Source: Candidatus Krumholzibacteriia bacterium (GTDB lineage: Bacteria > Krumholzibacteriota > Krumholzibacteriia > Krumholzibacteriales > Krumholzibacteriaceae). Taken from it: a stretch of DNA of 64,000 bases. Both the position numbers and the translations under genes were made by a program. Below the pieces are notes generated by a model that was not told the origin of the DNA, did no database searches, and was given only the letters and a program-made list of their open reading frames with translations. How positions within the stretch are numbered: the stretch's first letter is position 1; the number at the start of each line of letters is the position of its first letter. The stretch covers positions 1 through 64,000 of the forward strand of contig CAWIIQ010000004.1 of the NCBI GenBank assembly GCA_963836185.1, written 5' to 3'. Positions 50,520 through 60,471 of this stretch are shown here, piece after piece.

Positions 50520-50535
50520 TGGCATGCTAAATGCA
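50520..50535 (+). promoter_or_regulatory. sigma54 -24/-12 promoter candidate for the second peptide ABC operon
   Basis: TGGCATGCTAAATGCA (TGGCA, GG-N10-GC). Confidence 0.6.
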
Positions 50536-50618
50536 ATAAAATCTTCCGGATAACTCTGTCTGACGGGCCGGGCGGGCTCAGGAACAGGTAAAAGCAGTCG
50601 TTCCGGAAGGAGAACGGT

Positions 50619-52290
50619 ATGCCGCGCATGCGGAAAGCGATCGCTTCGGTCGTGATAACAGCTTTATTTATAACTATTTGTGGTTGCGGTGGCCAGGAGG
50701 GCGGCAGCGGGCAGGACAGCTCCGATGGCGGCGGGAAGCTCGTCATCGGGATGCAGCAGGAGCCCGAGATCCTCAACGAGGCCGTTAACAGCATGGTCGC
50801 CGTCGTCTACGTCTGCAACCTGATATTCAGCAAGTTCGTCAAGCACGACGATGCGATGAGGCTCGTGCCCGACCTGATAACCGAGGTCCCCACGATCGAG
50901 AATGGAGGCATCTCGGCCGACCATCTCGTTTACACCTATCATCTCAGGCAGGACGCCTTCTGGCACGACGGAGTGCCTGTGACATCGAAGGACGTCGAGT
51001 TCTCGTACCGGGTGATGACCCATCCCGACATCAATGTCGAGACGAGGCAGGGCTGGGATATCGTCGAGAGTGTGGAGACTCCCGACGAGCACACGGTGAT
51101 CTTTACACTCTCCGAGGTATACGCGAATTTCGCGGGTGACTGCTTCTACGACGAGTCGGTCCTTCCCGAGCATCTTCTCTCCGATGCGCTCGGCGACCGG
51201 TTCCAGTCGCACCCCTTTCACACGGCGCCTGTCGGCTCGGGCCCCTTCGTATTCGGCGAATGGATTTCCGGATCGCATATCACCGTCAGGGCCAACGAAG
51301 CTTACTATGGGGAGGGCCCCTTCCTCGCCGAGATAACGATAAAGTTTGTACCGGACGGAAACGCTCTGCTGATGCAGCTCGAGACCGGATCGGTCATGGG
51401 GATAGACAACGCGCCAGACGAACTTCTCGCGCTGTCAGAAGATCTGGCCGGGACCACGGTCTACAGGAACCCCGCCCTTTTCAACGAACACCTCGACGTC
51501 AACTGCGAGGACCCTGTCCTCTCCGACAGGAGGGTCCGCAGGGCGATCGCCATAGCGATCGACAGGAAAGAGATATCGGAGAAGATATACAACGGTGTGT
51601 GGATACCGGCGTACAGCGACGAGCATCCTGGGTCGCCGTATCACAACGGATACGGGGCGGAGAAGCTGCGCTACGACCCGCAGGAGGCGCGGCAGCTTCT
51701 CGCCGAGGCGGGCTGGAAAGATTCAGACGGTGACGGCATCAGGGAACGCGATGGTAAAAAGCTCGAGCTCGAGATAACCTCCACCGCTGGAAGGGCGAGC
51801 AGGGAGAGGACACAGGTCGTCCTGCAGAAGCAGCTCTCCGGCGTCGGTATCGATCTGAAGATAAGGAACTATCATCCGACCGTCCTGTTTGCCAGCTGGG
51901 ACGACCGCGGGATACTGAAGAGAGGGGATTTCGACCTCGCACTCTACGCTTTCCTGACTCCGCCCGATCCATCGACCAAGGAGGGGAGCTACTCGGCCGA
52001 TTTTTTCCCTCCGAAGGGACAGAACAACTCGAGGTTCAGGAACGATGAGCTGACCCGACTGCTCTCCGCGGGTAGCGCGACGGTCGGTTTTGACGAGAGA
52101 AAGAAGATATATGACAAGGTCGCGCGCATACTCGCCGAAGAGCTGCCCATCATCCCCCTTCTATGGGTGACACAACTCGACGCGATGCCTGCGGCACTCG
52201 AGAATTACAGGCCGAACCCGACGCAGTCGGGTGATACGTGGAACGCGGCGCATGTGGAGGCTCATGGCAAGGGAGGACGAAGGGCGATGA
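50619..52290 (+). CDS. Peptide ABC substrate-binding lipoprotein; true end probably TGA52288-52290, hidden by an extra base near 52251
   Basis: Lipobox ICGC, VPTIENGGISAD, WHDGVPVTSKDV, AGWKDSDGDGIRERDG. Removing one base gives the usual ending DTWNAAMWRL...EGR* with an ATGA overlap. Confidence 0.88.
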
Positions 52291-53735
52291 AGGGCGCACG
52301 CAGGTTGATAACCGTCATAGCCGTGATCGCCATGGCGGCCGCGGCCCTCTACCTTCTGCGGCCCCGTGGTCAGGATGAGGGAGTCAGCGTGACCTTCCTC
52401 GGCGGAGCCCGGGAAGTGGGCGGCTCCTGCACCCTCGTCTCGGGAGGCGGGACCTCGTTTCTCGTCGACTGCGGAGCCTTCGGCGATGCCGGCAACGATA
52501 TCATACCGGACGATCCTGCCGCAGTCTCGTTCATGATACTCACACACGCTCACACCGATCATTGCGGGAAGATACCGCAGCTCTTCGCTTCCGGGTTCGA
52601 CGGCGAGATATACTGCACTCCCGAGACAGCGGAGCTCGCCCCGATCATGATGAAGATGTCGAGGAGCTTCGACCGAGGCAGGGTAAGCAAAGAGGACTTC
52701 GACAGGTCTATCGCCGCGATGAGACCCGTTCCATTCGGGGAGAAGATGACAGCCGGCCCGGTGAGCTTCGTGTTCAGGCAGGCGCAGCACCTGCTCGGAG
52801 CGGCATTCGCCGAGATCGAGATAGATACGGGGCACAGGACGGCACATGTGATCTTCTCGGGCGACCTCGGTTCCGGAGGGGCGATACTCCTCCCGCCGAT
52901 CGAGGACCCGGCGCCGGCGGATTTTGTGATAGTCGAGTCTACATACGGGGGCCGCATAAGGGATATCGAGGATAGGAGCCTGCAGGCGAGGTACGGGGAG
53001 TTCGGCAGTGCGGTCAGCTCGGCTCTCAGGAGCGGCGGCGACGTCCTCATCCCCGCCTTCACACTCGGAAGGACGCAGGAGGTGATCGCCGCCCTCGACC
53101 TTTTCATCGAGGACGGGACGATCCCGGCCGGAACGGAGATCTACTCCGACAGCCCGACGGCGAAAAAGGTAAGCGTTGTCTTCAGGAATCACCCGGAGAG
53201 CCTTTCGGCTGCCGCGGTATCGATATACGGAAACGACATCCTGAAAAAGTCCTGGCACAGGGAAGTAAGGAGCAAGACCTCGATGAAGGTCCACGGCCGC
53301 GACCACAGGCCGACAGTATTCATATCCTCGAGCGGCGATCTCTCATTCGCCAACTCGCCGCGCCATCTCGCGAGGATGGCCGGTGACGAGAGAAACCTCC
53401 TCTGCATAGTGGGATGGCAGTCGTACGGCTCGGTCGGCCGCAGGCTGGTCGAGGGGGACAGTACCGTTTCCGTCCGGTACAGGGAGGACGGCGAGACAAA
53501 GAAGGTCTGGCTCTCTCCCGCGATGAAGATAAAAAAGTTCGACGCCTTCTCGAGCCATGCCGACCAGGATGACCTGCTGCGGTGGACAAGCGCCATCGAC
53601 GGGCTCAAGGGAGCCTTCATCGTCCACGGCGAGTTGAAACAGGCGCAGGCGCTGTCAGAGAGACTCGAGGCGGATCTCGGCATAGAGACAAGGATACCTG
53701 AAGCGGGAGAGACGGTCTTTCTCCCGTCGAGATAG
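52287..53735 (+). CDS. MBL-fold beta-CASP hydrolase (putative ribonuclease) with N-terminal membrane anchor
   Basis: GGAGG RBS; FLGGAREVGGSC, THAHTDHCG, HLLGAA, FSGDLG, ESTYGGR, PAFTLGRTQE, FSSHADQ, VHGE. Confidence 0.88.
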   Translation: MKGARRLITVIAVIAMAAAALYLLRPRGQDEGVSVTFLGGAREVGGSCTLVSGGGTSFLVDCGAFGDAGNDIIPDDPAAVSFMILTHAHTDHCGKIPQLFASGFDGEIYCTPETAELAPIMMKMSRSFDRGRVSKEDFDRSIAAMRPVPFGEKMTAGPVSFVFRQAQHLLGAAFAEIEIDTGHRTAHVIFSGDLGSGGAILLPPIEDPAPADFVIVESTYGGRIRDIEDRSLQARYGEFGSAVSSALRSGGDVLIPAFTLGRTQEVIAALDLFIEDGTIPAGTEIYSDSPTAKKVSVVFRNHPESLSAAAVSIYGNDILKKSWHREVRSKTSMKVHGRDHRPTVFISSSGDLSFANSPRHLARMAGDERNLLCIVGWQSYGSVGRRLVEGDSTVSVRYREDGETKKVWLSPAMKIKKFDAFSSHADQDDLLRWTSAIDGLKGAFIVHGELKQAQALSERLEADLGIETRIPEAGETVFLPSR

Positions 53736-53744
53736 AGGAGAACG

Positions 53745-54728
53745 ATGGGATCGAGCATCATAAAGAGACTCGCGCTGGCCGTGCCGCTCGTCGTGCTCGT
53801 CTCGGTAGTGACCTTCGCGCTGCTGCATCTGGCCCCCGGCGGGCCGGCGGGAGTCGTGTCGGGCAACCCGAAGATGACAGGCGAGGATGTGGCGCGGCTC
53901 AGGGAGAACTATGGGCTCGACCAGTCCCTGCCGGTGCAGTACCTCATGTGGTTCAGGCAGGTCTTTCTCAGGCTCGATTTCGGGACAAGCTATGTGACCG
54001 GCCGGCCCGTCACGGTGATGATTGCCGAGCGGGTACCCGCCACACTCGAACTGATGGGAGCGGCGCTTCTCCTCGCCGTTCTGGCCGGAGGCCTGCTTGC
54101 CGTGCTCACCGCCATACGCGGGAGCGAAAGGGCCGACGGGATATTCACCGTCGTCACGACGGCGGGCATATCGGTCCCCGTCTTCTGGCTGGGGCTGATC
54201 GCGATCTACATCTTCTCGATAAGGCTCGGCCTTCTGCCTGCCGGCGGAAGGGCGGCGGGCGAGGGTGTCACCCTGGCCGAAAGGCTGCGGCATCTCGCGC
54301 TTCCCGCTTCGGTCCTGTCGATCGCCTGGCTCGCCACCTGGAGCAGGTACCTCAGGTCGGGGCTGATCGATTCGCTAGGCGGCAGGTACATACGGACAGC
54401 GAGGGCGAAGGGGCTCGATGAGAGAACGGTCGTCCTCAAGCACGCCCTGCGCGGCGCGGTCCTTCCCGCGGTGACGGTCCTCGCGATGCAGATCCCCGCC
54501 CTCTTTACAGGGGCGGTCATAACGGAGACAGTCTTCGCCTGGCCCGGCATGGGAAGGCTCTTCTACGAGGGGCTGCAGAGGCAGGATTACACGAGGGTGC
54601 TCGGGATAGTGGTGATAGCTTCGATACTGATAATACTGATGAACACGGCGGGCGACCTGCTCAACATGATCCTCGACCCGAGGACGCGGCCCGTGGACGG
54701 GGAGGTGAGACAGGGTGGCACAGGTTGA
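53745..54728 (+). CDS. Peptide ABC permease (OppB-like)
   Basis: YIRTARAKGLDERTVVLKHALR, ETVFAWPGMG. Confidence 0.93.
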   Translation: MGSSIIKRLALAVPLVVLVSVVTFALLHLAPGGPAGVVSGNPKMTGEDVARLRENYGLDQSLPVQYLMWFRQVFLRLDFGTSYVTGRPVTVMIAERVPATLELMGAALLLAVLAGGLLAVLTAIRGSERADGIFTVVTTAGISVPVFWLGLIAIYIFSIRLGLLPAGGRAAGEGVTLAERLRHLALPASVLSIAWLATWSRYLRSGLIDSLGGRYIRTARAKGLDERTVVLKHALRGAVLPAVTVLAMQIPALFTGAVITETVFAWPGMGRLFYEGLQRQDYTRVLGIVVIASILIILMNTAGDLLNMILDPRTRPVDGEVRQGGTG

Positions 54729-55572
54729 TTCGATCGAAACGGCCCCGGTCATGAGACGCTCACGGACCCGCCGTTTGATATTCTGGCCGGCGACGATGCT
54801 GGTACTGATCATCACGGTCTCGGCGCTCGCTCCCCTGCTCGGCCCCTGGGACAGGGACGCGATAGACCTCGACAGCATCTCGGCTCCGCCATCGGCATCC
54901 CATCCCCTCGGAACGGACGAGCTGGGCAGGGATGTACTGACGAGGCTTCTTCACGGTGGAAGGTTCACCCTGATGGTATCCTTCCTCTCCGTAGCGGTCG
55001 CGCTCGCAGCCGGGGTGATCCTCGGAGGAGTCGCGGGCTGGCTCGGAGGTATCGCCGACAGGACGGTATCTCTGATCATCGACCTTTTCCTTTCCGTGCC
55101 GGTATTCCTGGTGATGCTCCTCGCCGCATCGGCCGCCGGAGGAAAGATCTGGCTTATCCCCCTGCTGATAGGCGGCACATCATGGATGGAGACGGCGAGG
55201 ATCGTACGCTCGAGGTTCAGGCAGATAAGGGAAGAGGGGTTTGTAGAGGCTGCCAGGGCAGCAGGAGCGACGGGACCGTGGATCGTATTTCGGCACATGC
55301 TTCCCCAGGCCTCCGGCGCCGTCCTGGTAGCGGCCACAGCAGGCCTGGCAGGCGCGATGCTCGTAGAGAGCGCCCTGAGCTTCCTCGGATTCGGTGTCCA
55401 GCCCCCCGTGCCGACCTGGGGCAACATGATGCACGGCGCCTGGGCGACGCTGCGAGTCTCTCCACTGGCTGCCTTCGCGCCCGGACTGATGATATTTATC
55501 ACATGCCTCGGATTCAACCTGCTGTGCGAGGGATACAGGCGCGCCCTTGCAAAAGAGGACGAATCGGTATAA
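54715..55572 (+). CDS. Peptide ABC permease (OppC-like)
   Basis: HPLGTDELGRDVLTRL, ESALSFLGFGVQPPVPTWG. Confidence 0.93.
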   Translation: MAQVDSIETAPVMRRSRTRRLIFWPATMLVLIITVSALAPLLGPWDRDAIDLDSISAPPSASHPLGTDELGRDVLTRLLHGGRFTLMVSFLSVAVALAAGVILGGVAGWLGGIADRTVSLIIDLFLSVPVFLVMLLAASAAGGKIWLIPLLIGGTSWMETARIVRSRFRQIREEGFVEAARAAGATGPWIVFRHMLPQASGAVLVAATAGLAGAMLVESALSFLGFGVQPPVPTWGNMMHGAWATLRVSPLAAFAPGLMIFITCLGFNLLCEGYRRALAKEDESV

Positions 55573-55582
55573 CTTCCCTTAC

Positions 55583-56614
55583 ATGGAAAAGAAAACAAGA
55601 GCGCTCGGGATGATATCGGGCGGGCTAGACAGCCTGCTCGCCGTAGCCGTGCTTAAAAATCTGGGCGTCGATATAACGGGCCTGCATTTTCTCAACGGTT
55701 TCGGCGCCGGTTCGCTGAGAAAACGGGTCTGCGAGAAGATGTCCTTCGAGGAGATCGCCGCGGACAAGAAGGAACGGCTCGAGGAGAAACTCGGCGTTCC
55801 GGTCCGTGTCATCGATGTCTCCGAAGAGTTCCTCGGAGTGCTCAGCTCCCCGCGCTTCGGGTACGGCAAGAATATCAATCCCTGTATAGACTGCCGTATC
55901 TTCCTGCTGGAAAAGGCGAGGGAGATAATGGAAGCGGAAGGATTCGATTTTATCTTCACCGGCGAGGTCCTCGGCCAGCGGCCCATGTCGCAGCACCTCC
56001 GCGCGATGAAGCAGGTCGAGAAGCAGAGCGGCCTGTCGGGAAAACTCCTTAGGCCCCTCTGCGCTAAGCTCCTCGCCGCCACAGGGCCTGAGAAAGAGGG
56101 CCTGGTCGACAGGGAGAAGCTCCTCGACATACAGGGGAGATCGAGGAAGAGGCAGATGGCTCTCGCCGATGAGCTCGGCATCGAGGACTACGCCACCCCG
56201 GCCGGCGGATGCACGCTGACAGACGAGAATTACGCGCGCAAGTATAACGACCTTGCAGGACACATGGATGAGATCACGTGCGAGGATACGGTCATCCTTT
56301 CGATGGGGAGGCACCTGCGTCTTTCCGACGGTGTGAAGCTCGTCGTTGGAAGGCGCGAGCTCGAGAACGACTACCTCGAATCGGCCTGGGGCGCAAATAT
56401 CCTCCTGACGACACTCGACCACCCCGGTCCGGTCACCGTGATGATAGGAGATCCGTCGGAAGAAGAGATCCTCCAGGCAGCCGCTGTGACGGCGAGATAC
56501 AGCGACGGCAAGCGGGAAGATTCAGTGAGGGTGTCCGTGACGAGCGGCGAGGATGTGCGTGAGTTGGAGGTCGCTCCGGCATCGGACGACGACCTAGACA
56601 GGTGGCGGATCTAG
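55583..56614 (+). CDS. PP-loop ATPase, ThiI/MnmA-related putative tRNA sulfurtransferase with DUF814-like C-terminus
   Basis: SGGLDS, GKNINPCIDCR, TGEVLGQRPMSQ, PAGGCTLT, GRHLRL..VGRRELEN. Confidence 0.82.
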   Translation: MEKKTRALGMISGGLDSLLAVAVLKNLGVDITGLHFLNGFGAGSLRKRVCEKMSFEEIAADKKERLEEKLGVPVRVIDVSEEFLGVLSSPRFGYGKNINPCIDCRIFLLEKAREIMEAEGFDFIFTGEVLGQRPMSQHLRAMKQVEKQSGLSGKLLRPLCAKLLAATGPEKEGLVDREKLLDIQGRSRKRQMALADELGIEDYATPAGGCTLTDENYARKYNDLAGHMDEITCEDTVILSMGRHLRLSDGVKLVVGRRELENDYLESAWGANILLTTLDHPGPVTVMIGDPSEEEILQAAAVTARYSDGKREDSVRVSVTSGEDVRELEVAPASDDDLDRWRI

Positions 56615-57117
56615 GACTTGCGCTTAAGGGCCTTCATCGCGATGACCCGGTGACTTTCGAAAGCGAGCTGAGGAAGCTCGTCGACAGGAAAGAATCTCGC
56701 GTCATCCGCGTCGTCTCCGGCTACGATATCACCCGAAAATCCATCGAACAGGTATCCGATGATCAGCAGACAGGTCCCGTAGAAGACGCTCTCCTGGTAT
56801 ATGACGTCTATAAGAGTCGGGCCACAGGCGGAAAGCCCTGTTTCCTCCACCAGCTCTCTCTTCGCCGCGTCCTCGGGACTCTCCCCGTTCTCGACGAATC
56901 CGCCGGGCAGCGACCACTCGCCGGCGCCGGGTTCACGGTTGCGCAGGACGAGAAGGATCCTTCCCTCATCGTCGAACAGGACAGCGGTAGAGGCGGGTAC
57001 CGGGTTCTCGTAGAGGTAGCGCTCCTCGGCCTCGCAGTAGAGGCGCACACGGCCGTCCTCTCTCTTCGTCGTGAGCGGTTTCCCGCACCAGGTACAGTAT
57101 TTCTTTCCGGCGTCCAT
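56611..57117 (-). CDS. NUDIX hydrolase with N-terminal zinc-ribbon-like segment
   Basis: YCTWCG, YENP, WSLPGGFVENGESPEDAAKRELVEETGL. Confidence 0.92.
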   Translation of the reverse strand: MDAGKKYCTWCGKPLTTKREDGRVRLYCEAEERYLYENPVPASTAVLFDDEGRILLVLRNREPGAGEWSLPGGFVENGESPEDAAKRELVEETGLSACGPTLIDVIYQESVFYGTCLLIIGYLFDGFSGDIVAGDDADDARFFPVDELPQLAFESHRVIAMKALKRKS

Positions 57118-57224
57118 ATACCTAGAATATGCCACCGGGGGTGGAGAGGCAAGTATTCGCTAAGCAAATGGGGTTGTCCGCGGGTGTGCCGTTGGAGTAA
57201 CATCGCCGGGAGGAGGATCAGCAG

Positions 57225-58910
57225 ATGAACGCCCTTACGATAGCACTTATAACACTAGCAGCCTACATAGTTGCCTACATGGTCTACGCCCGATTCTTCG
57301 GCCGCAGGGTGCTTGGCCTCGACCCGCACAGGAAGACTCCGGCGAATTCATTCGAGGACGGAGTAGACTTCGTGCCGACCTCCCCGATAGTCCTTTTCGG
57401 CCATCATTTCGCCTCGATCGCCGGTCTCGGCCCGATACTGGGGCCCGCAATCGCCGTCATCTGGGGCTGGCTACCCGCGGTGCTCTGGATACTCTTCGGC
57501 TCGATACTGATCGGCGGCATCCACGACCTCGCATCACTCTTTGTCTCCCTGAGAAACCGTGGGCGTTCGATTGGCGATGTGACAAGGTCGCTTGTCGGGC
57601 GCAGGGCGCATATTTTATTTCTCGTCCTGATATTCTTTACGTTGTCGCTCTGCATGGGGACATTCGTCAGGGTGATCGCGACCCTTTTCTCAGATACGTT
57701 CTATCCAGAGGCGGTCATACCCGTATTCACTCTGATACTGCTTGCCGTCATGGTCGGCCTGCTCGTCTACAGGAGGGGAGTGAAGCTGGCGCCGGCGACA
57801 CTGATCGCCCTCGTCCTGATGTTCCTCTCTATCTGGATAGGCCTGCGCAGCCCCGTGACAGGGGTGGCCACTCCGGTCTGGGTCTACCTGCTGATAGCGT
57901 ACGCCTTCGTAGCCTCTGTCCTGCCTGTATGGCTCCTTTTGCAGCCGCGCGATTATCTGAACGCATACCAGCTCGTCATCGGGATGGTCCTGATGTATAT
58001 AGGGCTCTTTCTCGGCCGCCCGCAGATCTCGGCTCCGGCCCTGAATACTTCATCGACGGGACTTCCATCCCTTTTCCCGTTTCTATTCATAACGATAGCC
58101 TGCGGCGCGATCTCCGGCTTTCACAGCCTCGTAGCGACGGGCACGACCTCGAAGCAGCTCAGCCGCGAGACACATGCCGTGCCGATCGGTTACGGGGGCA
58201 TGCTTGCCGAGGGACTGCTCGCGATGATCGTAGTGCTGGCCTGCGTATCAGGCGTCTCGAGGGCAGAGTGGTTCGAGCACTACGGTTCCTGGCAGGGGGC
58301 GGCCGGGCTGCCGGCAAAGATGGACGCCTTCGTTAAGGGCGCAGGGACCTTCATCTCGAATGTCGGGATACCTGTCGGGATAGCCCGGAGCTTCATCGTC
58401 GTGATGGCAGTCGGGTTCGCGATGACGACTCTGGACTCCGGAACGAGGCTGCTCAGGTACAATCTCGAGGAACTCGGCGAAGGCCTCAATATCAAGCCCC
58501 TTCGAAACAGGTTCATCGCCGCGCTGGCCGCCGTCGTCGGGATAGGATACTTCAGCCTGATGACGGTCGACGGCAGGCCGGTCGGGCTGCTTCTATGGGA
58601 GCTGTTCGGCACGACGAACCAGATCCTCGCCGCGCTCGGCCTTCTGACCGTATCGCTCTTTCTTTACAGGCTCGGCAAACCGATAATATATACGCTTGTC
58701 CCGATGGCCGGCATGCTTGTCATGACGGTCACGGCGATGGCGATAAGGCTCAAGACAAACTACAAGGCGGGTCACTGGCCGCTGCTGATAGTCGGCGGCG
58801 TGATCCTGCTCCTCGTGCTCTGGCTCGTGATAGAATCGCTGCTCGCCTTCGCGCGGCACAGGGGTGAGGGTTTCACGCAGGAAGAGGAGAGCGGTGAGCA
58901 TGCAGTTTGA
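57225..58910 (+). CDS. cstA: Carbon starvation protein A family transporter
   Basis: DGVDFVPT, FGHHFASIAGLGPILGP, LPVWLLLQPRDYLN, FITIACGAISGFH, LFGTTNQ. Confidence 0.95.
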   Translation: MNALTIALITLAAYIVAYMVYARFFGRRVLGLDPHRKTPANSFEDGVDFVPTSPIVLFGHHFASIAGLGPILGPAIAVIWGWLPAVLWILFGSILIGGIHDLASLFVSLRNRGRSIGDVTRSLVGRRAHILFLVLIFFTLSLCMGTFVRVIATLFSDTFYPEAVIPVFTLILLAVMVGLLVYRRGVKLAPATLIALVLMFLSIWIGLRSPVTGVATPVWVYLLIAYAFVASVLPVWLLLQPRDYLNAYQLVIGMVLMYIGLFLGRPQISAPALNTSSTGLPSLFPFLFITIACGAISGFHSLVATGTTSKQLSRETHAVPIGYGGMLAEGLLAMIVVLACVSGVSRAEWFEHYGSWQGAAGLPAKMDAFVKGAGTFISNVGIPVGIARSFIVVMAVGFAMTTLDSGTRLLRYNLEELGEGLNIKPLRNRFIAALAAVVGIGYFSLMTVDGRPVGLLLWELFGTTNQILAALGLLTVSLFLYRLGKPIIYTLVPMAGMLVMTVTAMAIRLKTNYKAGHWPLLIVGGVILLLVLWLVIESLLAFARHRGEGFTQEEESGEHAV

Positions 58911-59820
58911 CGTAACGGGAGTCGGTTATACGGCGATAGACTATCTCGGGGTGATCCCCCGTTTTCCCGAAGAGAACCTCAAACTCGAGCTCGAGACCCT
59001 CGAGATCCAGGGGGGAGGCCCGGCGGCAACGGCAACAGTGACCGCGGCGAGGCTCGGCCTTTCAACAGCATTTATAGGCAAGGTAGGCGGGGATGACCGG
59101 GGCGCGCTGATGCTGATGAAATTAAACGGCGAGGGAGTCGACGTCTCGTCGGCCGTCCTTGAGCCGGATGCCCTCTCCCAGTTCGCCTTCATCATGGTCG
59201 ACTCGGAGACGGGGAAAAGGACGATACTCTGGACCCGCGGCACCCTCTCGCCGCTAAGGCCCGAAGAGCTCGACCTCGAGAAGGTCACATCATGCAGGGG
59301 GCTGCTTGTCGATACTCTGGAACCGGGGGCAGCGGCAGCCGCGGCGAAGCAGGCGGCGGACGCCGGCGCGAAGGTGCTGATCGATGCCGGGACCCTGCGT
59401 GACGGGGTAAGGGATATCCTTCCGCACTGTCACTACATCGTCGCGAGCGAGACATTCTCCGGCCAGATCTCCGATGGCCGCGGGCCGGAAGCGGCGCTGG
59501 AGGAGATGATGAAGTACGGCCCTGCCGCCGCGGTGGTGACCCTCGGCGAGCGTGGATGCGTCGCCCTGTCGGATGAAGGGTATTGTCGGGTCAAGGGATT
59601 CGAGGTAGACGCCGTCGATACGACAGGGGCGGGGGACGTCTTCCACGGGGCCTTTCTCTACGCAGCGCTGAGGGAATGGGATGTCAGGCGCTGCTGCGTA
59701 TTCGCCAATGCCGTCGCCGCGATGAAATGCCGAAGGCTCGGAGGCAGGACAGGCATCCCGACACTTAATGCGGCTCTCGAGTTCCTCGGTGAGCGGGCGC
59801 CCGACCTCGATTTCACCTGA
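58900..59820 (+). CDS. PfkB/ribokinase-family carbohydrate kinase
   Basis: GGPAATA..ARLG, VGGDDRG, VDTTGAGDVFHGAF. Confidence 0.93.
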   Translation: MQFDVTGVGYTAIDYLGVIPRFPEENLKLELETLEIQGGGPAATATVTAARLGLSTAFIGKVGGDDRGALMLMKLNGEGVDVSSAVLEPDALSQFAFIMVDSETGKRTILWTRGTLSPLRPEELDLEKVTSCRGLLVDTLEPGAAAAAAKQAADAGAKVLIDAGTLRDGVRDILPHCHYIVASETFSGQISDGRGPEAALEEMMKYGPAAAVVTLGERGCVALSDEGYCRVKGFEVDAVDTTGAGDVFHGAFLYAALREWDVRRCCVFANAVAAMKCRRLGGRTGIPTLNAALEFLGERAPDLDFT

Positions 59821-60309
59821 TCAGATCTCCACGGTCTCCGATTCACCACTCTCCAGATCGAACATCACGAATCCGGGACGTTCCAGGAGCCCCATGACTT
59901 CCCCTGGATTGACATGCGGCGTGTCGCTTACGACCTCGGCCCTCTTGAGATGCGTGTGTCCCGAGAAGACGGCAGCGTAATTGCCGGTAGCGGCGAGACC
60001 CTTTCCGTGCTCGGGATAGTGGGTGATCGCGACAAGCCCCTTATCCGTCTCGATCACTCCGGTGTGATGGTGGACGGTGATGTTGGAGAACTTCCCGGCG
60101 ACCCTTGTGATCGTCATCGGGTCGCCGTCGTTGTTCCCGAAGACGACGTGGACCGGCCCCTCAAAGGGAGCGAGCCTGTCCATGACAAATGGTGAGCAGA
60201 TATCGCCGCAGTGCAGCAGCATCTCCGCGTCTTTCTCGACCGCCAGGGCAACGACCCTTTCGATATTCTCCAGGTGATCGTGTGAATCGCTCATAACCGC
60301 GATCTTCAT
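59821..60309 (-). CDS. YfcE-like metallophosphoesterase
   Basis: SDSHD, HCGD, GNND, THYP, GHTH, NPG. Confidence 0.92.
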   Translation of the reverse strand: MKIAVMSDSHDHLENIERVVALAVEKDAEMLLHCGDICSPFVMDRLAPFEGPVHVVFGNNDGDPMTITRVAGKFSNITVHHHTGVIETDKGLVAITHYPEHGKGLAATGNYAAVFSGHTHLKRAEVVSDTPHVNPGEVMGLLERPGFVMFDLESGESETVEI

Positions 60310-60471
60310 CTCAGTACGTCCTTTCGTGATTGCTGCCGGTCATATTCTACTTCAGTTGATCTGCGGCGGAAACCGTCTTTTTAGATTCCTGTCGTTACTT
60401 TGTGGTATTATAATGGGAGTCAGTTGCAGGGTGGGTATATACTGTTCTGTGCAATGGTCAAAAGGATAGCT

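Noticed and set aside
50619-53735. 1038-aa SBP/beta-CASP fusion in the ORF track
   Set aside because: One extra base near 52251 explains it. The alternative frame gives the normal SBP ending, a TGA overlapping ATG52287, and a GGAGG RBS before a new signal-like N-terminus.
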